DNA of 64,000 nt, from positions 192,001-256,000 of the forward strand of contig CAXXRD010000002.1 in assembly GCA_963663895.2 (NCBI GenBank), written 5' to 3'. A program made the position numbers and the translations under genes. The number at the start of each line of letters is the position of its first letter. Position 1 is the first letter of the stretch. Shown here piece by piece: positions 42,784 to 51,714 of the stretch. The stretch comes from Dehalococcoidia bacterium (GTDB lineage Bacteria; Chloroflexota; Dehalococcoidia; Bin125). The notes under the pieces were generated by a model that ran no database searches, was not told where the DNA came from, and was given only the letters and a program-made list of their open reading frames with translations.

Positions 42784-43948
42784 ATGCCAATGCCCTGGCC
42801 TACACGAAGGGCTACGAGTCGGCCCGGGCGCTCGATCCGGAGAGGGCGCGGAAATACGTCGCGCATACGGTCATCGGCGACCCCGAAGCCGACGCGTTGC
42901 TGGAGGAGCTTGCCCCTCTCGGACAGGAGGAGTTGGGCAGGCTGATCCAGATCGGGATGGACGGCGACGAGCGCGCGCTGCGGGACGTGCCGGCCGTCCT
43001 GCGAGAGTTCTTCGCGTCCTGCGCGGCTCCGCCCGACTGGCTCGACCTCCCGGGCACATGCCCGGCATCCGCATGTACCACCGCAATTCGAGGCTGGTGC
43101 TGGGGGCGATGGTGGCTGGCACCCTGGTGGAGGGATTCGCCACGAACATCGCCAAGTCGTTCTTCATCACGGGCAAGGTGCGGGATCAGGGCATTCGGCG
43201 GCTGAAACAGAACAACCGCCACATGGTGGAGATCTTCCTCCCCGGCGGCCTGGAACGAGACGGCGATGGCTGGAAGCTGTCCGTTCGCATCCGGCTGGTC
43301 CATGCAATGGTCAGGCGCCTGCTGGACACCTCAGAGGACTGGAACCACGAGGCCTGGGGCACCCCGGTCAGCGCCGCCCACACGGGCTTCGCGATCACCG
43401 CTTTCTCAGCGAGGTCCCTGAAACACCTGCAGAGCCTGGGAGCCCAGTTCACCGACGAAGAGCGCGCGAGCTTCATGCAGGTCTGGCGCTACTCCGGTCA
43501 TCTCATGGGCATCCCCGAGACGATCCTGTTCCGCGACGAAGCAGATGCCCTCGAGACATTCAAGGTTGGCCTTGCGTGCGAGCCGGAGGCCGAGCTGGAG
43601 TCGATCTCCCTTGCCAACGCGCTGGTCAACTCCTCTCCACTGATTGCGGGGGTGACCGACCCGGCCGCGCGCCGCAAGCTGGCCCACTACGTGTACCGCG
43701 TCTCGCGCGCGCTCATCGGACCCTCGATCGCCGACCAGCTCATGTTTCCTCGCTACCCGACGGCCGGGGTGCTCTGGTGGTTCCGCATGCAGAACCGGTA
43801 CGACGACTGCATGAACAGGCTCTTCAAGAGTCGCGCCCGGAAGAACAACCAGCTGAGCGCCATGCTCGATGTCGCGATGGTCGACGAAGCGGGGATCAAC
43901 TACAGGCTGCCGGACCACGTCTATGCAGAAGAGTCATCCCGGTGGTGA
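42784..43948 (+). CDS. Oxygenase MpaB/DUF2236 (rubber oxygenase catalytic-like) family; frameshift near 43055
   Basis: GDPEAD, PPDWLD, VRIRLVHAMVRR, WGTPVS, WRYSGHLMGIPE. Confidence 0.8.
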
Positions 43949-44110
43949 TCCGGCGCGGTCATCGCGTTCGGGTCGCTGCGGATGCGCCGTCCTTCGCAGG
44001 ATCCGGGAGTCATGCCTGAGTGGGCGCACTTCAACACGGATCGGCATGAGTCCAGCCTTGCCCCTCGTTTACACCACCGTAAGGAGAGCGGTCACAAGAC
44101 ACAGGAGTGC

Positions 44111-44539
44111 ACGACGACGCTGAACATCTACCTCACATTCGACGACAACTGCCGCGAGGTCTTCGCGTTCTACCGTTCCGTCTTCGGCGGGGAATTTCCA
44201 GCACTACAAACCTTCGGCGACGGTCCGCCCGACATGGGCGTCCCGGACGACGCCAAGCACCGCATCATGCACGTCTCGCTGCCGGTTGGCGACAGCGTCC
44301 TGATGGGCAGCGATGCCAACCCCGCCTTCGGTCCCGGCCCCGGCGCCGGCACCAACTTCTCCATCAGCTACACCCCCACCAGCCGTGCCGACGCCGATAT
44401 AAAGTTTGCTGCGCTCGCTGCGGGCGGCAAGGTCTCGATGCCCATGGCCGACATGTTCTGGGGCAGCTATTTCGGCTCCTGCACGGATCAGTTCGGCATC
44501 GGCTGGCAGATCAACTGGGCACTGCCGCCATCCGACTGA
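44111..44539 (+). CDS. VOC family protein (PhnB-like); near-cognate ACG at the expected start
   Basis: YLTFDDNCREVFAFYRSVFGG, IMHVSL, LMGSD, MFWGSYFG..DQFGIGWQI. Confidence 0.8.
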   Translation, partial: TTTLNIYLTFDDNCREVFAFYRSVFGGEFPALQTFGDGPPDMGVPDDAKHRIMHVSLPVGDSVLMGSDANPAFGPGPGAGTNFSISYTPTSRADADIKFAALAAGGKVSMPMADMFWGSYFGSCTDQFGIGWQINWALPPSD

Positions 44540-44608
44540 CCAGGCGTCTCACGCCGGCGCCCGATTCCCCCCTTCCCGCCAGGCGTGCGGCTCCGGTCCA
44601 TCGGGCCC

Positions 44609-44794
44609 AAGCAGTTGCTGCGGCCGTTGGGGCGGGCGGCGGGGATCTCCCGGGTCCATGCCCATCGTTTCCGGCACACCTTCGCGACCTAGGCCATCGC
44701 CCATGACGCGCGCGAACTCGATGTCCAGCACCTGCTCGGCCACAGCACCCCGGACATGGTGCGCCGCTACAGCGCCACCGACGGCAGTGTCTAG
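44609..44794 (+). pseudogene. Tyrosine recombinase (integrase) C-terminal remnant
   Basis: RVHAHRFRHTFAT*AIAHDARELDVQHLLGHSTPDMVRRY, with an in-frame TAG at 44690. Confidence 0.85.
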
Positions 44795-45045
44795 GCAGCC
44801 TTCTCCCACAGCGATGGGGTGCTGGTGGAGGCGCACTGAACGGTGAGTCGTGGGAGACGGGTGTCCCCCAAGGCGATGAAGCGGTCAATGCAACAGACGA
44901 GCGGCGCCGTGGCGGATGCGACCCGCCCATGCATTCAAGCGGCCGTGATCTCGACCGTGAGGCTGCGGCCCACCGCGCCGAGCGCCTTACGTTCATCGTG
45001 CGCGAGGCGCGCAGGCACGGCGCCTGAGGACAACGGGGCTCCCGA

Positions 45046-46185
45046 CTACTCCCCGGCCCCGAGCAACCCCGCAGCGGCAGCCTCGTAGCCCAGCGGCGAC
45101 ACCGCCACGTGCTTCGTGAGGGCGTGCACGTCGCGCCAGGCGCGGGCCAGCGGCGATGATGCGTCGAGGGCGGCCGACCCCCCAGCCTCGAAGAGGAGCG
45201 TCGTGGCGCGGGCAGCGCTGTTGGCGGCGTGGATGGAGGCGAGAGACACGCGGGAGGCCTCCTCGCGCCCCAGGGCATCTCCCGCCGCGACGGTGTCCCA
45301 GCTCGACCGGGCGACCTCGAAGAACCAGGCGCGGGCGGCGCTCACAAGCGCCTCCGCCTCGCTGAGGCGAACGCGCACGCCCTGGCGGTCGCCCAGGGGC
45401 TCGCCCGTGTACAGCGTGCGGCGTGAGCCGGCGAGCGCGAGGAACTCGTCGATGGCGTGCCGCCCGATACCGAGCGCGACGGCCGCGAACGAAACCGCCG
45501 CGTGATGGTTGAAGGGGTAGTGGTAGAGCGGGCCGCGCTCGAAGGGCCAGTCGTCGAAGACGCCGAAGGTGCGGCGCAGGGGCACGAGGCTGCTCTCGAC
45601 GCGGAAGTCGTGGCTGCCCGTGCCCCGCATCCCGACGGGATCCCAGTTCTCGATGATCTCGACCTCGCTCGCGGGGAAGGCCATGGCGCGGATGACGGGG
45701 CCATCGCTGCCGTCCGCGGGACGTTCGCCCTCAAGGATGCAGTTGGCGGTGAAGAAGGTGGCGTGGTGGGCGCCGCTGGCGAAGTTCCAGTGCCCGCCGG
45801 CGAGGTAGTCGCTGTCGACGGGCCGGGCGGTACCGCCCGGCTTCCCCGAGCCCGCGATAAGCGCCTCCTTCGGCCCGAAGATCTCCGCCTTCGTGGCGGG
45901 CTCGAGGGCGCCCGCGAAGAGCCCGCCGCCCGTACCGATGGTGACGGCCCAGCCGAAGGAGCCGTCGATGCGGGAGGCGGCCTCGAACACCTCGACGGCA
46001 GTCGGCATGGGCATCTCAGGAGCGTCGATGGAGCGCGGCAACCACAGCCGGTATAGCCCTGCCTCGATGATGCGCTCGTTGACGGCAGGGGTCGTGCGCG
46101 CCTCGCGCTCGGAGCGCTCGGCCTCGGCGGCGACGAGCGGGGCCATGTCCCGGAGGGCGTCGAGGTAGGGTGCGGCGGCGTTCAC
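45046..46185 (-). CDS. Acyl-CoA dehydrogenase-like flavin-dependent monooxygenase (HsaA-like)
   Basis: GHWNFASGAHHA, WDPVGMRGTGSHD, RAWRDVH. Confidence 0.85.
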   Translation of the reverse strand: MNAAAPYLDALRDMAPLVAAEAERSEREARTTPAVNERIIEAGLYRLWLPRSIDAPEMPMPTAVEVFEAASRIDGSFGWAVTIGTGGGLFAGALEPATKAEIFGPKEALIAGSGKPGGTARPVDSDYLAGGHWNFASGAHHATFFTANCILEGERPADGSDGPVIRAMAFPASEVEIIENWDPVGMRGTGSHDFRVESSLVPLRRTFGVFDDWPFERGPLYHYPFNHHAAVSFAAVALGIGRHAIDEFLALAGSRRTLYTGEPLGDRQGVRVRLSEAEALVSAARAWFFEVARSSWDTVAAGDALGREEASRVSLASIHAANSAARATTLLFEAGGSAALDASSPLARAWRDVHALTKHVAVSPLGYEAAAAGLLGAGE

Positions 46186-46720
46186 AGGGGCAGGGTATCA
46201 GCGGCGGGCGTATCGTTCGGGGCTTATATCGCTGTGTACCCAGGGAAGAGAACCAGGCGTGCCTACTTCTGCTTGTGGCATGCGGCAGGTCCGCAGACGG
46301 CGACTCTCCGCCGGCAACGCCGGACGGACCAGTCGAGCCTGCCAAGCCGGATCCACCCCCATCCACCCCAGCACCGCCGACCGCGCCGCACGACACCCGG
46401 CCCGATAACGAAGATGACACCGATCCGCCGGTGGCGTGCACGGCGCAGGCCCCCAGCCACCCGCTGCCGCCCATACGCTACAACCGGCTCGATATCGAGG
46501 GGGGTGCCGGCGCGCCCGGCTTGGGCATCTCCCGAGGGAATGACCCCAGTAAAGGCAATTTTGACAGCCCAGGTCTCTGTTTCGACAGTCACCAGTCGCC
46601 TCATGTACGGTGCTTGACCCCTTTGTGATAAACCGAGTGGAGACAGCTGCCACGAGTCGACGAAGGCCAGGAACCAGCGTTGGATATCCAAAGCGGTAAG
46701 GCCACGTTACAAATCAAACT

Positions 46721-47251
46721 CTAGCTGCCAATAAAGCGGCGCCATGACAGATGTTTGCGGACCGCAGCGAGATAGGCGCCTTTGAATGGTGCGCTAGCGC
46801 TCAAGTCGATGTCCGCGATATTCATCTGTTCGTCCTGCTCAATGGGCTCCATCTCCCATGCACGACGCATTGCATCACCAGCTGTGTGCCTAGTTTCTCT
46901 GATCAATGCATCATATTTCTCAGCGACGTTCAGAGACTCGGTGTGTAGCCATGCAGCATGAAAAGCTAATCGCTCTTGCACCGCACGAATCTCAGTCGAG
47001 ATACGGATACGCTCGTCCTCGGGCATGCTCACTCGACGGCGGCGGATGACGAAGGGGAATTCTTCGTAGGCGACGACTGCAGCCAGCGCATCGGCGAATC
47101 GCTCCCGCCTGCGTGCCTTTGTCTCCCTACGTACGGTAAGCCAGCCACCAACGATCTGCCCGCTGAGCGCCAGTACACCAGGCAGCGCTGCCGCAACGAG
47201 GGCTGCGACGGCAATCGGCCATTCCAGTACTGCCATGCTAGCTAAGGTCAA
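46721..47251 (-). CDS. Small membrane protein, putative CBASS effector
   Basis: N-terminal hydrophobic segment, then a basic stretch and a helical soluble domain; 4-nt overlap with the E2 stop. Confidence 0.75.
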   Translation of the reverse strand: MTLASMAVLEWPIAVAALVAAALPGVLALSGQIVGGWLTVRRETKARRRERFADALAAVVAYEEFPFVIRRRRVSMPEDERIRISTEIRAVQERLAFHAAWLHTESLNVAEKYDALIRETRHTAGDAMRRAWEMEPIEQDEQMNIADIDLSASAPFKGAYLAAVRKHLSWRRFIGS

Positions 47252-47745
47252 GTTGCGAGGTCCTTCCGAGCGAGGACACCGTGAGGGGCTTCAGGCCCGA
47301 GCCATTTGGCCTTACCGTATTTTGCAATGTCTTCTCGGTAAAATCCTTCGCGAATTAGGTGGGTTCGGACGTGGCCGAGGAGCGCAAGGAGCCCGTCTTC
47401 CTCTTGCCAGCGAGACTCACGCGGATCCCCCGGATACCACATGCAGAGCCTGATACGGCCTTTCCCTTCGACAAGGTATCGGTGTGGCGATTCCGTGGGA
47501 CCATCGACAACTACCCGAACCTCTTGGCCTCCGTCCGACCCTCCGAGCATGCCTATGCTGGGCAGGCTCAGTGGTACGAGGATGTCAACCTTACGTGGTT
47601 CAAATCGGTCTGGCTTGATGGTCACAAGATACCGAGTACCGATCGGCTCCCCAGGGACGCTGATCCGACGCTCTAGTTCAGGGTAGATGTCGAAGACACC
47701 ACGCTCGAACCATGGCTCAGCAAGCACCGAGCCTGTCGCCTCCAT
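47248..47745 (-). CDS. Prokaryotic E2 ubiquitin-conjugating-like protein (start 47745, 47727 or 47760)
   Basis: SPHRY..RLCMWYP..RW (E2 His..LC..W pattern) and C-terminal WLGPEAPHG. Confidence 0.75.
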   Translation of the reverse strand: MEATGSVLAEPWFERGVFDIYPELERRISVPGEPIGTRYLVTIKPDRFEPRKVDILVPLSLPSIGMLGGSDGGQEVRVVVDGPTESPHRYLVEGKGRIRLCMWYPGDPRESRWQEEDGLLALLGHVRTHLIREGFYREDIAKYGKAKWLGPEAPHGVLARKDLAT

Positions 47746-48751
47746 ACGCGCGGGTGTCACGCTGACGTTCCCTGTCTTTGCTCAGCGCTGGGAATCCGGC
47801 GACCGTGAATAGCTTGCCGCCGCTCTCCAGGGATGTCCGCATTTCTGAGTCAGACACCGGGCATGCTTCAACTCGCGAGGGGAACAGTTGGGAGAGTGAG
47901 GTACGCACAGCGCATTCGTCTTCCGCATTGGCAAGGGCTTCACGCACCAACCGACCAGCCCGGGTCCAGCGCTTCACCGCTATCGAGCGCTTGAGCAGAG
48001 TCTTGATCGGGGGTGACACGCCAGCTGGATCGAGAGTCTCGTGCGCCTCAAGATCATCCGCTCCATACTCAAACAGTTCCGCGAGTGCAATCCCCAGGGA
48101 CTTGCCAGCCTCGACGCTCCCCAATGCAAGCGCTTCTATGTTGAACGAACAGATGGCTTTCTCCGAATACTCCACGTTCTCGCCCTTGGCCAACCGGATG
48201 ATCCGTGCCCGGTTCTGTCGGAGCGTTCTCGGCTCCGCAGTCAGCAGCCTCGTGTGGCATTCGGGATGGGAAGCATCCCAACCAGCCTTCTCAATGTTGG
48301 GGATCCACAGACCAGGCTGAGGATCCTTTCGTGTGAGAGCAACGATCAGGTCGACTTGAGGATCGGTGCCGTCCGACAAGGGCTCCCCGTAGGTGACGCG
48401 GATCGCTCGTTTTGTCACACGGAATGCGATGTCTGGATGCTCCGGCTTCAATTGCTCCCGGAGGAAGGCTCGCACGTCATTGATCACCTCGGAGGGCCCT
48501 TCACCCTCGCCGTCGGGGCCCAGACTCAAATAGGCGCGCCTGTCGAGGACGATTCCGCAGTCGGCATCGGTGTCGAAATTGGCTGTGCGGTGCGCGAGCG
48601 AACCGGACCAGTACGTCCGCAGACACCCGGAATATCTGGCCGAAGCCGTCAGCACCTCGTCGCGCCGTTTTCGAGCCGTCATGATGACGTCGTCCCCGGG
48701 GTGCAGCTTTTTGAGCACGTCCTCTAGAATCTCGTTCACATAATTCGTCAC
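47717..48751 (-). CDS. cGAS/DncV-like nucleotidyltransferase (CD-NTase)
   Basis: Pol-beta fold SGSLAHRT..DADC with a third Asp in VDLIVA; IP..W..SHP, IRLAK, SFNIE, DPAG; C-terminus RAYGG-DRLGAC. Confidence 0.85.
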   Translation of the reverse strand: MTNYVNEILEDVLKKLHPGDDVIMTARKRRDEVLTASARYSGCLRTYWSGSLAHRTANFDTDADCGIVLDRRAYLSLGPDGEGEGPSEVINDVRAFLREQLKPEHPDIAFRVTKRAIRVTYGEPLSDGTDPQVDLIVALTRKDPQPGLWIPNIEKAGWDASHPECHTRLLTAEPRTLRQNRARIIRLAKGENVEYSEKAICSFNIEALALGSVEAGKSLGIALAELFEYGADDLEAHETLDPAGVSPPIKTLLKRSIAVKRWTRAGRLVREALANAEDECAVRTSLSQLFPSRVEACPVSDSEMRTSLESGGKLFTVAGFPALSKDRERQRDTRAYGGDRLGAC

Positions 48752-48801
48752 GTTGCGATCCGCCGCCGCCGCGCGGTCAAACGGTCAGACCGCTACCACC
48801 T

Positions 48802-48830
48802 AGCCTATGTGCGCTTATCTCGAATGTCAA
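48802..48830 (-). promoter_or_regulatory. sigma70-type promoter of the CD-NTase operon
   Basis: Minus strand TTGACA-N17-TAGGCT, about 50 nt upstream of the start. Confidence 0.7.
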
Positions 48831-48868
48831 TATCACCTACGTATGAATGATGTTATTTTTACAAACTG

Positions 48869-49243
48869 TTGACGAAATTGACCTACCAGGCACTGTGTGG
48901 GATATTGGACTCTAAGAATCAGGAGTTGAACCTTCTGAAGATCGACGCTATCTATCGGCACGTTGGCGGTGAGATCCAGCGCGCGCGAAAGCGCCGCGGG
49001 ATGACCCAGAGTGCCTTAGCTACCCGTGCCGACCTCACCCGAACCTCAGTATGCAACATTGAATCTGGCCGGCAACGCCTGACCATCCATGCCCTGCTCA
49101 AGATGGCAGCTGCGCTCGACGTATCCCCTGCCGATCTGCTCCCAGATCCCCAGACTCCGCCTTTGCCCGACCTGCACATGTTGATGGAACGGGGAGCGAG
49201 CCGGGAGGAAGCGGATAGGCTGACACGCATTCTCTCTTCTTAG
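48869..49243 (+). CDS. XRE-family HTH regulator (CapH-like); true start probably near 48926-48935
   Basis: RARKRRGMTQSALA..LTRTSVCNIESGRQ..AAALDVSPADLL. Confidence 0.85.
   Translation: MTKLTYQALCGILDSKNQELNLLKIDAIYRHVGGEIQRARKRRGMTQSALATRADLTRTSVCNIESGRQRLTIHALLKMAAALDVSPADLLPDPQTPPLPDLHMLMERGASREEADRLTRILSS
48878..48906 (+). promoter_or_regulatory. Candidate divergent promoter for the HTH-peptidase pair
   Basis: TTGACC-N17-GATATT with an extended TGn; AGGAG at 48921. Confidence 0.45.
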
Positions 49244-49252
49244 GAGCGAGCC

Positions 49253-49771
49253 ATGACGAGATTTATCTCCGAGGAGAAAATTAGACGTGAAGTGGAGACC
49301 CTTTTCGAACAGGTCGGCATTGAAGGACCTCCCGTTCCCGTAGAGGAGGTTGCGCGTTCACTAAACGCGCGTGTGATTCTCGAACCTTTCAAGACGGATC
49401 TGTCGGGCGTTCTCCATCTAGTGGAGGAGGGCCCCGTCATAGGTGTCAACTCGGCGCAGAGTCGAGCGCGCCAGCGATTTACCATCGCGCACGAGTTGGG
49501 GCACCTGAGATTGCACGGTGAGGAAACGTTCGTTGATCGGGCTTTCACTTTCCGGCGCGATCAGAAAGCAGCAGCAGGCACCGCGCGACAGGAAATCCAG
49601 GCCAATATTTTCGCAGCAGAATTGCTAATGCCGAAACGCTGGCTCGTCGAAGACATTGAGAATCAAGACATCGATATAGCGGATGATCAAGCGCTGCGGG
49701 ATCTAACGCAGCGCTATGACGTGAGCCATGCTGCGCTGGCATTTCGCCTTGCTAATCTACAGCTAGGGTAG
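49253..49771 (+). CDS. ImmA/IrrE family metallopeptidase (CapP-like)
   Basis: RQRFTIAHELGH, EIQANIFAAELLMP, VSHAALAFRL; AGGAG RBS. Confidence 0.9.
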   Translation: MTRFISEEKIRREVETLFEQVGIEGPPVPVEEVARSLNARVILEPFKTDLSGVLHLVEEGPVIGVNSAQSRARQRFTIAHELGHLRLHGEETFVDRAFTFRRDQKAAAGTARQEIQANIFAAELLMPKRWLVEDIENQDIDIADDQALRDLTQRYDVSHAALAFRLANLQLG

Positions 49772-49904
49772 AGGTCGAGGTCGACCACGTTCTCGTCGTG
49801 CATGTGGTCCTAGCCGTGCCCCTCACTCCGAGCGGGTCGCTCGGGATCGAGTAGGACCTGAGCCAGACGCACGCCTATCGATCCTGATCATTGGCCGTAC
49901 GCTA

Positions 49905-50480
49905 CTAGCTCTCGCATCCAACGCCATCCTGGTCCCGTCCGTCGAACCGATGCGGGTCGTTTCCGACGACCAGGAAGCGGCGATGGGGGATGTCACCATA
50001 GTCAAGGTCCGGCCGAAAGGGCGGGATGCACACATCGGGATACGACGGATCACAGCGGATACTGGACTCCGACGCCAGCGCGGGTGCCGCTACTGGCGCG
50101 GGTTCTGATGCCGCCTCACTATTGGCCGCCCCACAGCCAGCAAGCCACGCGGTGATGGTGACCTGCTCCGTCACGGTCAGAGTGAGAACCCACGCCTGCT
50201 TCACATCGCGGTCCTACCGCGCATAGGCGCACTGCTCGCCGCCGTGTCGATAATCATGGCCGCAATGCCGGTCAACTGGTCCGGCGTGTGACTCCCCTTG
50301 CTGGCGTTGAACGATTGCACCGTCAGGTTCAGGTCCACCCGATCACTGGAGAAGAGAGCCTTCATCGTTGCGGACCAGTCGCAGCCCCCCGACACGTGCG
50401 GATCCCGGAGCGCCACGTGGTGATCGTGCGTGATAGCCCGCGAATTCACGGCATCGTACGTTTCGTCCAAGTCGGTGCGG
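49905..50480 (-). pseudogene. Remnant of a DUF1524/HNH-type nuclease gene with a C-terminal Excalibur-like Ca-binding domain
   Basis: DHHVAL..SFNASKG, then CDPSYPDVCIP..DPHRFDGRDQDGVGCE; frames broken. Confidence 0.6.
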
Positions 50481-50636
50481 TCAGGCGTCCTTCACCCCCA
50501 GGTGGTGTCCCAGGAGGGAGGCTTGGCATAAGGAGTATTGTTGGCTGAAACTAAGGCACCCTGCGGGTGGCCTGGTTTAGGGCTAATTGTTGGGTCTAGA
50601 TCGAGAGCGATCGCAACAGGTGTGCATAATACGCGG

Positions 50637-51521
50637 ATGGATTCCATGACCGACCGAGTCCCCACCCGTGAAGAGCTATGCCTGCCGACCCTCCGGGTTC
50701 TTCAGCAGCGAGGCGGGTCGGCCTCCATTCGGGAGATCTCCGATGACATGGCGGTCCTCCTGGAGCTTCCGGATGCCGTGCGCGAGGTGGCTCACGGCGA
50801 TGGTCCGCAATCGGAGTTCGACTACCAGGCGGCCTGGGCACGGACCTTCCTGAAACACATGGACGCGGCCACGAACAGCAGCCGGGGCGTGTGGTCGATA
50901 ACCGAGCACGGAAGAGATCTCACCGCAGAGGCCGACACGGCAGAGGCCGTCGTTCAGGGCAGGATTCTTGAGCACATCCGAAGCTACCAGAAGTCCTTCA
51001 CCCGTCGGGCCAAGAACGCGCCCGCGGCTGATTCACTCGGCAGCACGGAAGACGACGCGGACACCGAATGGACAAACGAATTGCTCGGTGCGTTGAGGGA
51101 GATGCCCCCAGACGCCTTCGAGCGCCTCTGCCAACGGCTTCTCAGGGAAAAAGGATTCACCAAAGTGGAGGTCACCGGTCGCCCAGGCGACGGCGGAATT
51201 GACGGCATTGGCGTCCTGAGGGTCAATCTCATCTCGTTCCAGATCGTCTTCCAGTGCAAGCGCTATGCGGATTTGGTCGGCTCCAGGGCGATTCGTGACT
51301 TCCGGGGATCGATGGTAGGCCGCGCCGACAAAGGCCTCTTCATGACAACGGGCCGGTTCAGTCCGAGCGCGCAGCAGGAAGCCGTTCGCGATGGGGCTCC
51401 AGCCATCGACTTGATCGACGGAAATGAGCTGTGCGGTCTCCTAAAAGAGCTTGATCTCGGCGTACGGACCGAGACGGCCGAGAGAGTGATCGTTGAGGCG
51501 AGCTTTTTCGAGTCGATCTAG
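50637..51521 (+). CDS. mrr: Mrr type IV restriction endonuclease
   Basis: Mrr N-terminal wHTH (AWARTFL..RGVWSIT), FERLC..GDGGIDG..QCKRY, KGLFMTTGRFS, IDLIDG. Confidence 0.9.
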   Translation: MDSMTDRVPTREELCLPTLRVLQQRGGSASIREISDDMAVLLELPDAVREVAHGDGPQSEFDYQAAWARTFLKHMDAATNSSRGVWSITEHGRDLTAEADTAEAVVQGRILEHIRSYQKSFTRRAKNAPAADSLGSTEDDADTEWTNELLGALREMPPDAFERLCQRLLREKGFTKVEVTGRPGDGGIDGIGVLRVNLISFQIVFQCKRYADLVGSRAIRDFRGSMVGRADKGLFMTTGRFSPSAQQEAVRDGAPAIDLIDGNELCGLLKELDLGVRTETAERVIVEASFFESI

Positions 51522-51714
51522 GGTGGTTTCTTGGGTCAGGAGCCGCCGCCCAGGCCCGGCAGAAGCGCTCCCATTCCTCCAGCGATAGCTTGTCGTTCTG
51601 CAGCCGCCGGGCGGGCGCTGGATAAAGAACACCGTGCACGGCCACGCTCACCACCGCGGCGTACGCCGGCACGCTCGTCTAGGCAAAGGCAGCAAGGACC
51701 AGACCACGCTTGGG

